Positions 57,601 to 64,000 of a stretch of DNA of 64,000 bases are shown here, piece after piece; positions within the stretch are counted from its first letter, which is position 1; the number at the start of each line of letters is the position of its first letter. Source of the DNA: a virus (Duplodnaviria > Caudoviricetes). The notes beneath the pieces were generated by a model that did no database searches, was not told the origin of the DNA, and was given only the letters and a program-made list of their open reading frames with translations. Both the position numbers and the translations under genes were made by a program. The stretch covers positions 684 to 64,683 of IMG/VR virus record IMGVR_UViG_3300034061_001224. One strand, given 5' to 3'.

Positions 57601-58400
57601 TACTTTATCCTCCCCGTTTCTTTAATTTGTTTCTCAGCCTCGCGTCTTATTGCAACGGCTTCCTCTAATGTCTTAAACGTACCTAAGTTGTAGTCGATAC
57701 TCTTATATTTAATACGCGCTGTGTACACTCCATGTGGTCTGAGTTGTACACCCTTCGGCAAACCTTTTTTAACTGCTGAGACAGCATTACTTAACTTGCC
57801 GTTAACCCTGAGTTCTTCTTCAGCCGCAACTCGGGCATCAATAGCTTTACTTAACGATTCGAATGACCCAAGGTTGTACTCGACCTTGTTAAACTTAATC
57901 TTCACCCTATAGGTTTCATGTGGCGTTTTATGCACCCCAGTCGGTAATCCATTAGCGCCAATCACAGCAAGTCTAACGCGTCCTTTAGACCCTGTATCAG
58001 TAGGTTTCATCGACCACTCAGACTCAATCGTCATCCGTGTTGTCTTTGGTTTGTTACGCTTAGCTAGTACCAACATCGCTTCGCGCTTAGCCTGTGCCGC
58101 TTGTGTTAAGTATGCACCTTTTAAAAACGTCGATGCCATTTTATTGAAGGTTGGTTTAGCATCGCCTTGGTTCGGATATACACCGTGCTTATCGAAGTAC
58201 CGCTCTGCCGCTATCAATGCCACTACGTTATGATCTAGCATGAACTCTTCATACTCACGTTTACTAAATAGTGCAGGTTGTGTACCTGATGTAACTACGA
58301 CAGGTTCTGGCGCTCCGATACGCTTTCTAAATGCACGGAGGGTTGTATAAGGAAGCTTGAGTAACTCAGCGGCTTCTGCGTAAGTGATACGATCAGTCAT
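57600..58400 (-). CDS. DNA-binding protein with N-terminal HTH-like region and two AP2-like domains
   Basis: Two copies of LP.GV..Y...IK....YNLG.F..L..A...R..AE. Confidence 0.75.
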   Translation of the reverse strand: MTDRITYAEAAELLKLPYTTLRAFRKRIGAPEPVVVTSGTQPALFSKREYEEFMLDHNVVALIAAERYFDKHGVYPNQGDAKPTFNKMASTFLKGAYLTQAAQAKREAMLVLAKRNKPKTTRMTIESEWSMKPTDTGSKGRVRLAVIGANGLPTGVHKTPHETYRVKIKFNKVEYNLGSFESLSKAIDARVAAEEELRVNGKLSNAVSAVKKGLPKGVQLRPHGVYTARIKYKSIDYNLGTFKTLEEAVAIRREAEKQIKETGRIK

Positions 58401-58693
58401 CGTTTAAAAGCCTCGATTTCTTCGTTGGTTAAAGGTATCCATCTTCGTGGATTATTTGTTGCCGTTATTCGGACAATATTATCGAAAACATCTTTAACCA
58501 AAACCCCACGCTCCGGTATGTTTTCCCACCAGTTTGGTTCGACTTCCTTAATGCGAAACACCCACTCACTAGCACCAAAGTCAGGGCAGTCTTCATCTGC
58601 CCATGCTGCATCTTCGTCCCAAAGTAATTTAGCTTGAATAGTTTTGCCATTAGCATAGGCCACTATCTCGTCATACCATTTGTGTTTAGCCAT
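58397..58693 (-). CDS. hypothetical protein
   Basis: HKWYDEIVAYANGKTIQ motif, AGGAG RBS. Confidence 0.65.
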   Translation of the reverse strand: MAKHKWYDEIVAYANGKTIQAKLLWDEDAAWADEDCPDFGASEWVFRIKEVEPNWWENIPERGVLVKDVFDNIVRITATNNPRRWIPLTNEEIEAFKR

Positions 58694-58989
58694 TGTTCTC
58701 TCCTACCTCTGATGTTTAATTAACGGTTGCTGTCCTTCGTCCAGCTCCCACGGATACCTCGTGCCACAGTCGATGCACCACTTCATTCTCAAAGAATAAA
58801 ATAGCCCCATCCCGACCTTGCATTTAGGGCATATGTTTTTTGGGTTCATGTTTGCTCTCCATCTTAGGTAAGTTATCTACCCACTCATCAACCCAGTAGA
58901 TAGCATATAAGGCGGATAGCCAAAACACTAAAAGCAATCCGTTCATTACGTTATTCATCTCATTCTCCAACCCCTTCAGGGAGCGACTC

Positions 58990-59331
58990 TTAATAAAATA
59001 CTAGATGTCCTGATTTAATCAGTCTTTTAGGTGTTGCATACCTACGCAACATTTTCTTCTCGTTGAAGTACATATAACCAGTAAGCGTAGGCTTACGAAT
59101 CTCTCTCACAGCTAGAACCTCGAAGGGTTTCAGCGAATCTTTAGCAACTGCGTTTGGTTTTTTGTCCCAGTACCACGAGTAGGCTCTTGGCTTTCTCATA
59201 CTACTACATAGGGATACTTGCTCCTGCTTGGCGCGTTCGATGGCTACTGATGCAACATACCGTTGCGTGATTACAGGTTCGCCTCGACTTTCAAAAAACA
59301 CTATCATCGCCAGACAGGTAGCGGACATCAT
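58990..59331 (-). CDS. cell wall hydrolase (SleB/Hydrolase_2-like)
   Basis: CLAMIVFFESRGEP..VASV..R..YSW..GHLVFY. Confidence 0.7.
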   Translation of the reverse strand: MMSATCLAMIVFFESRGEPVITQRYVASVAIERAKQEQVSLCSSMRKPRAYSWYWDKKPNAVAKDSLKPFEVLAVREIRKPTLTGYMYFNEKKMLRRYATPKRLIKSGHLVFY

Positions 59332-59355
59332 CCGTTACCTCTACACATCATTACC

Positions 59356-59649
59356 TCACATAATACCTTTTAATACTGCCTGTTTTAAACTGACACATGG
59401 TCGCAGTTTAACACGCTTGCTTGGCGGTATGTCAATCGGTTCGTTGGTATTTAAGTCTCTGCCTTTCTTAGCAGGGGTATCAAGCACGAGGATAGTACCT
59501 ATATCTTTAATGGATACATTACGTCCTTTTGATAGTGACTCAACAATCATATCGGTGTACCTGTCCAGTATATGCTCTATCTGGCGCTGTGCTACGCCTG
59601 TCTGTTCACTGAGCTTCTTCGTTATCTCTCTGTGTGCTAGCGGGCTCAT
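59356..59649 (-). CDS. HU/IHF-like DNA-binding protein
   Basis: LSKGRNVSIKDIGT..KKGRDLNTNEPIDIP..VKLRP..LKQAV. Confidence 0.85.
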   Translation of the reverse strand: MSPLAHREITKKLSEQTGVAQRQIEHILDRYTDMIVESLSKGRNVSIKDIGTILVLDTPAKKGRDLNTNEPIDIPPSKRVKLRPCVSLKQAVLKGIM

Positions 59650-59750
59650 TGTATTCTCCTAATTGTCGTTTCCAGTTTTCATATGCGGTCTTAGGACTCT
59701 TGGCAATGCCTGACCTATTTCGCCCCTTGCACCACCAGTAGCCCTGTTGT

Positions 59751-60059
59751 TTAGTCAGTCTCGGTTTCATCAGCTCCAAACCATAATAAAAATATCAAGC
59801 AACATATTGCATGAGCAGCATGGGGCAAACCACTATCACTATCACGCCAGTTACCTTCGGCTATTTCATTTAAATGGCGGTATGCTGCAGCTACATAGCG
59901 ACGTCGAGCTTGTGGTACTTTTTTCCAATTGTCACGGTCGTACTTTTTTGCGCCGAACATCAAGACTTTTACTACCTCATCCATCGGTTTCCACGGGACT
60001 AGCGAGTAGTCCAACTTATCGCTGTCAAACTTCTTACCTTCACTCATCGTTTGCCCCAT
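59751..60059 (-). CDS. dATP/dGTP diphosphohydrolase-like protein (DUF5664)
   Basis: GKKFDSDKLDYSLVP..VLMFGAKKY..NW..AAYRH..DSGLPHAAHAICC. Confidence 0.8.
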   Translation of the reverse strand: MGQTMSEGKKFDSDKLDYSLVPWKPMDEVVKVLMFGAKKYDRDNWKKVPQARRRYVAAAYRHLNEIAEGNWRDSDSGLPHAAHAICCLIFLLWFGADETETD

Positions 60060-60238
60060 ATATCTTCAAGTGCTACTCGCCTAGCATCCGTGGTTAACAT
60101 TCCCTTTGTGCTTATTAACTCCCATACCTTGTCACAGAAGTCATCGACCTGTGTGTTTGTTGGTTTAATCTTTTTAGCATCTAGCCTAGCGTATAGCCAG
60201 TTTTCATCTTCGTCTGCTTGATTGGCTTGTTCAGCCAT
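60044..60238 (-). CDS. hypothetical protein
   Basis: GGAGG RBS embedded in the palindromic motif. Confidence 0.65.
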   Translation of the reverse strand: MAEQANQADEDENWLYARLDAKKIKPTNTQVDDFCDKVWELISTKGMLTTDARRVALEDIWGKR

Positions 60239-60370
60239 ACTGCCTCCTACGTAGTAACCAAAAAAATGCCCGCCTAACTTCGACGGGCTAGCGGAGTTTA
60301 CACATGATGTGTTATTGAGCGCGATGGCATTATGTCATCACGCGAAAATCTAAAGAAGAAACCCGTTCCT

Positions 60371-60634
60371 CTAATATGTATAGACGTAGAACACCGTATC
60401 ACTTATCTTAACGCCAACAGAATTCTCCTCAAACTCTGTGATTTTTTCTTGTAAGTATTTTAGCCTATCTCGTAGCCAATAGGGAAGCTTACGTTGAGCG
60501 CATCGAATTGCGGGGATACTGTAATCTACAAAACTTAAAGATAGATAGCCATCGTCATCTATCTCAACCCTTATCCTATCTACATCGGGAAGCTCGACCT
60601 TCCTATAGTCGAGCATATTTATAATTGCCCCCAT
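60371..60634 (-). CDS. hypothetical protein
   Basis: Coupled ORF (TGATG). Confidence 0.6.
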   Translation of the reverse strand: MGAIINMLDYRKVELPDVDRIRVEIDDDGYLSLSFVDYSIPAIRCAQRKLPYWLRDRLKYLQEKITEFEENSVGVKISDTVFYVYTY

Positions 60635-60873
60635 CAGACACCATATGCCTCATGTTTAATGAGGTCTAGCATAAGTCTATCTGCCCTTTGGTTCTCATCA
60701 ATTGCATCAAGTGCGGCATCTAGTATCTTTACAAGGTAATCTCTATTTAGCATAGGCAGTATGTCAACACCACGCAGGTAGATAGCATTAAGGTCTACAC
60801 TTTTTAAGGTCTCGACGTCTTTGTAGTAATCAACGTCATACTCAATATCATTTATCACTACTGTAATAATCAT
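60634..60873 (-). CDS. hypothetical protein
   Basis: 79-aa ORF with AGGGG RBS. Confidence 0.6.
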   Translation of the reverse strand: MIITVVINDIEYDVDYYKDVETLKSVDLNAIYLRGVDILPMLNRDYLVKILDAALDAIDENQRADRLMLDLIKHEAYGV

Positions 60874-61045
60874 TAGCAGCCCCTTGCTCTAACTAGAGTG
60901 GATACAATCAAAGCGATAAATGCTAGCCCTGATGTAATACGCAACACCCATAACTCATTGCGTAATGCCTTAGCTTCATCGACCATACGGTTGAGTGCTT
61001 CGCTTCTGGCCTTAGCTTCAGCGTCTATTATCTGTTGTATTTTCA

Positions 61046-61963
61046 TCATAGCTCCTCCTCGCTTACTACGTAGGAATCATATTCATTCTTGTATTGATGC
61101 AAGTCAGCCAATGTCAGGCCATACTCTTGTAATAGTTCGGACACAACCCACGGGTTGTCATACACAAAGTCCTCTATATCATTAGACTCATTACGCGCAG
61201 GTATCCCACCCCACTTAACAGATCCACCTCCGTACCATCTGTCGTCATAGTCAACTTTCTTAGTGTCACGCTCAGCAGGTAACGCTGCCCAGTCCATTGC
61301 GATACAGGCATCGACTAACAATTCAAGAAACGACAAATCTTGACGCTCATTCTTAGTATGCTGGTCGTAATACCCTACGCTGAGATTGATACACTCTGGC
61401 ACAGTCTCGAAGAACGAATAGCTGTCAGTAAACGAACCTGTCGGATCTTTCTTATAGGGTAAGGCAAACGATTCTATGAAGGCATCAGCAAACGCATCGC
61501 TACACCCACGCTCAGACATCTGGTGCGTAATGAGATTGTCAGTACCCTTACGGTCGAACGACACGCAGTGCTTGATATGCGTAGGCATCGTATATGCTGA
61601 TGACCCGATACGACCCTGCTCTTCAGTAGCAAAGAATACATACAACCCCGGCACTTGCACCTGAATCATGCGAATCATCACATACATACCTGACCCACAG
61701 TCAGCACCGAGTACCCCACCACCTACGACTGACACGGTGTTGTTCTTGATAGCTAATATGTTAGTGCCTAGCTTGTTATCGACTGTGTCTGTATGCGCTG
61801 TGAAGCAAGTAACCCCGCCTAGGTCTACGGTGACATTGTTATGCTCGTCTACTACGTAGGAAACGCGCAGTTCTTTAAGCAATGTTGTTGTTACAGCAAG
61901 GTTCTGCTGTGGGTTATTAGTCGGACGTTTAGTCTCAAGAATTGTTTTTAATATTGGGTTCAT
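61046..61963 (-). CDS. zinc-dependent peptidase (M20/M28-like)
   Basis: TAHTDTV, LGADCGSG, EEQGRIGS, SFDRKG and NLSVGYYDQHT metal-ligand motifs. Confidence 0.8.
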   Translation of the reverse strand: MNPILKTILETKRPTNNPQQNLAVTTTLLKELRVSYVVDEHNNVTVDLGGVTCFTAHTDTVDNKLGTNILAIKNNTVSVVGGGVLGADCGSGMYVMIRMIQVQVPGLYVFFATEEQGRIGSSAYTMPTHIKHCVSFDRKGTDNLITHQMSERGCSDAFADAFIESFALPYKKDPTGSFTDSYSFFETVPECINLSVGYYDQHTKNERQDLSFLELLVDACIAMDWAALPAERDTKKVDYDDRWYGGGSVKWGGIPARNESNDIEDFVYDNPWVVSELLQEYGLTLADLHQYKNEYDSYVVSEEEL

Positions 61964-63462
61964 GCTGCTTGCTCCTGTTCAGCCGCGGCTCTACGGTCAC
62001 GTTCGTCTATGGATATATACTCTAGGGTCTCTGGGTCATACACAAAATACGTACCCTCCTCACTGTCCGGGTAATACGTATCCTCATCTTCTATATACAC
62101 AACGTCGTCGCTGTTATGCCACTCATCGTCAAAATCTAAATAGATATAGCCCGCATCATGCGCCGCATTGCTGTCTCTAACCCAGACAGCGGCACACTCT
62201 ATATAGATGAAGTTATTCTCTGCATGGTCACGAGTGTAAGTCTCGCTACCCCGTCTAGTACCCATATAAACACTAACTGTATTGTGGTGGTAGCAATGTG
62301 AACATACCGAACGCTCTTCCCCGTCTAGCCAGTACATATCATCTGGGTCGACCATGTCCCCGCAACACTCGCACTCTTGGCGCTCTGTACCGTCCACGTC
62401 GATATAGCCTTCCTCGTATTTGTTGGCATCGTACTCACCACCATTACGAATTACTACGTAGGAATCAAACACATCTACCTGCGTACAACACGCACCGCTA
62501 CGATCTAAGTGACGCTTATAGTCTATATAAGGCATGAGTAATTCTGCATCGCAGATGTCGTTATCGTATAGGTCAATCTCACTACGCGGTGTACTGCCTT
62601 GGTAAAACTTAATCTTTCGTATCTTAGCGCCACATAACGAGGCATGTACAAACCCAGCATTATCTAATGCTACCTTCATTTTCTCCCATTGCCCGTATAT
62701 CATCGGGTAGTGTTTATTGTGTTTGTTATAGAGCGCACGAGCAACAGGTTTACCCTCACAAAACAACACAGCCAACTCAATATCTGAGTCGTGATACACC
62801 ATGAGCGGGTGGACATTTCCCCAATTATCCTTTGACATACAGGACGACACAATGCCGTCATAGTCTAGCCTTTCATAGATCAGCAGCATATCTGACCAGT
62901 CACTAAAGAACTTAAGCTCAGCAGGTGCCATGATAGCGGCTTTCTGTCTAACCCAATCGTCAGACATTGTGGGAAAGTACTTACGCAAGAACCTACCGGG
63001 CTTTATTTGTTGTGCTTTGTCATTGATGATATGCCTATCGGTTGGGTAGTATGCAATTAGGTTGTGGTCTTGGGTACTACGATGAGCGCCTAGCTTAGGG
63101 ATTGTAGGAAACCCATCAGGTAGTGGTTGATACTCGCCTGACTTGATACGCTCTGCCACCCTACGCTCTGCTAAACCTTCCCAGTTTGCTATTCTATTGG
63201 TAGTGGTGGCAGGACTATTGAACCTGTGCATGACACCGTTTACAAGCACACCGCGGTTACGCTGGTGCTGTGGTTTTTCATAGCGAAACGTACGTTTCGC
63301 ATAGTCGTTGTAGTATCTAAGTAACTCTGCTTCAGAGTAGCGCTCCAATAAGCGCTCTATCTCACTATCTGAACCACCTGCCACATTGTACAGCCAGTAA
63401 GCGGGGGTGTGCTTGATGTCTACATCAACTCTATTTCTGATTAATTCTTTTATCATGGCCAT
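61960..63462 (-). CDS. phage early protein with Zn-finger-like acidic C-terminus
   Basis: IKPGRFL, SCM, ARAL, PYID and CxxC..CxxC motifs. Coupled to the peptidase gene. Confidence 0.7.
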   Translation of the reverse strand: MAMIKELIRNRVDVDIKHTPAYWLYNVAGGSDSEIERLLERYSEAELLRYYNDYAKRTFRYEKPQHQRNRGVLVNGVMHRFNSPATTTNRIANWEGLAERRVAERIKSGEYQPLPDGFPTIPKLGAHRSTQDHNLIAYYPTDRHIINDKAQQIKPGRFLRKYFPTMSDDWVRQKAAIMAPAELKFFSDWSDMLLIYERLDYDGIVSSCMSKDNWGNVHPLMVYHDSDIELAVLFCEGKPVARALYNKHNKHYPMIYGQWEKMKVALDNAGFVHASLCGAKIRKIKFYQGSTPRSEIDLYDNDICDAELLMPYIDYKRHLDRSGACCTQVDVFDSYVVIRNGGEYDANKYEEGYIDVDGTERQECECCGDMVDPDDMYWLDGEERSVCSHCYHHNTVSVYMGTRRGSETYTRDHAENNFIYIECAAVWVRDSNAAHDAGYIYLDFDDEWHNSDDVVYIEDEDTYYPDSEEGTYFVYDPETLEYISIDERDRRAAAEQEQAA

Positions 63463-63471
63463 CTCCGGTTG

Positions 63472-63495
63472 TCTGCCTACTACGTAGTAGGCAGA
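63472..63495. promoter_or_regulatory. perfect 24-bp palindrome TCTGCCTACTACGTAGTAGGCAGA (operator-like)
   Basis: Lies just upstream of the RBS of 61960..63462. A 20-bp copy is at 63792-63811. Confidence 0.7.
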
Positions 63496-63509
63496 GGGGG
63501 GTTTAATTA

Positions 63510-63776
63510 TTATTTTTGTTCTGTTGGTAGCTTCTCAATATAAGTAGCATCAATAATGCCACCGCGATTGACAATTACTGGGTGTGCAAATGGTTCAATT
63601 TCATTGAACTCGCACGACTTTAAAGCATTAGAGAATCTGCCGGTGTCTGGAATCCAGCACGCGTCTTCCAACACGAGTTCATTGTCATAGACAGCCGCTA
63701 CACGGCCTGTCAAATAAACTGTTGCTGTTCTGATTAAAAGTTGTGAACCTGCTTGATATGCTGATTGATTTAACAT
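63510..63776 (-). CDS. small conserved-type phage protein
   Basis: LIRTATVYLTGRV..ELVLEDACWIPDTGRF, GGAG RBS. Confidence 0.7.
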   Translation of the reverse strand: MLNQSAYQAGSQLLIRTATVYLTGRVAAVYDNELVLEDACWIPDTGRFSNALKSCEFNEIEPFAHPVIVNRGGIIDATYIEKLPTEQK

Positions 63777-63852
63777 TTGTATCTCCGATTGTGCCTACTA
63801 CGTAGTAGGCAGATTAATAAACTAATGGGTTAAGCCCACGACTCTGTATTAC

Positions 63853-63880
63853 ATTATACTCTTTTATGTGAGTTTGTCAA
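63853..63880 (-). promoter_or_regulatory. consensus sigma70 promoter
   Basis: TTGACA (63880-63875), 16-nt spacer, TATAAT (63858-63853). Confidence 0.75.
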
Positions 63881-63984
63881 GCAGACCTAGACCTAGACCT
63901 AGACCAAGACTCAGACCCAGACCCAGACCCAGACCTAGACCAAGACCAAGACACATTGTTTTGTGATAGTGAGCTTATGTGCAT
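63877..63984 (-). CDS. 35-aa Ser-X repeat peptide encoded by AGACCN hexamer repeats
   Basis: Reads MHISSLSQNNVSWSWSRSGSGSGSESWSRSRSRSA, with a GGGGGA RBS. Confidence 0.45.
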   Translation of the reverse strand: MHISSLSQNNVSWSWSRSGSGSGSESWSRSRSRSA

Positions 63985-64000
63985 TATGTTCCCCCAGACC

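Noticed and set aside
59751-60059. Z-genome (2-aminoadenine) pathway suggested by the dATP/dGTP diphosphohydrolase
   Set aside because: No PurZ-like gene in the window, and this domain is widespread in ordinary phages.
1-64000. Alternative genetic code or stop-codon reassignment
   Set aside because: Long genes are intact and tightly coupled under the standard code, and TAA, TAG and TGA are all used as stops.

Overview
This window is most, possibly nearly all, of a tailed dsDNA phage genome (Caudoviricetes). The virion module is podovirus-like and no integrase or repressor cassette is recognisable. The plus strand from about 3.97 to 43.5 kb carries the terminase subunits, portal, a GroES-like protein, scaffold, a Mu gpT-like major capsid protein, small basic proteins, adaptor and tail proteins, three tandem beta-propeller proteins, a glycosyltransferase, a lysis cassette, a gp10-like tail hub and large internal/ejection proteins. 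The minus strand (43.5-64 kb and 1-3.5 kb) carries primase-helicase, SSB, SNF2 helicase, exonuclease, family A DNA polymerase, VRR-NUC, ThyX, HU and many small early genes. The main observation is that both the large terminase and the DNA polymerase contain an intein with no recognisable in-frame endonuclease. Each intein instead hides a complete homing-type endonuclease gene (EndoVII-like in TerL, HNH in Pol) in a different frame of the same strand, with its own ribosome-binding site, while the intein frame stays open. Other observations are a palindromic CTACGTAG motif in nine copies near the window ends, a stand-alone paralog of the primase C-terminal domain, a structured non-coding stretch of about 750 nt, and a pseudoknot RNA candidate after the capsid gene. 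All family assignments come from motif recognition by eye, not from database searches.
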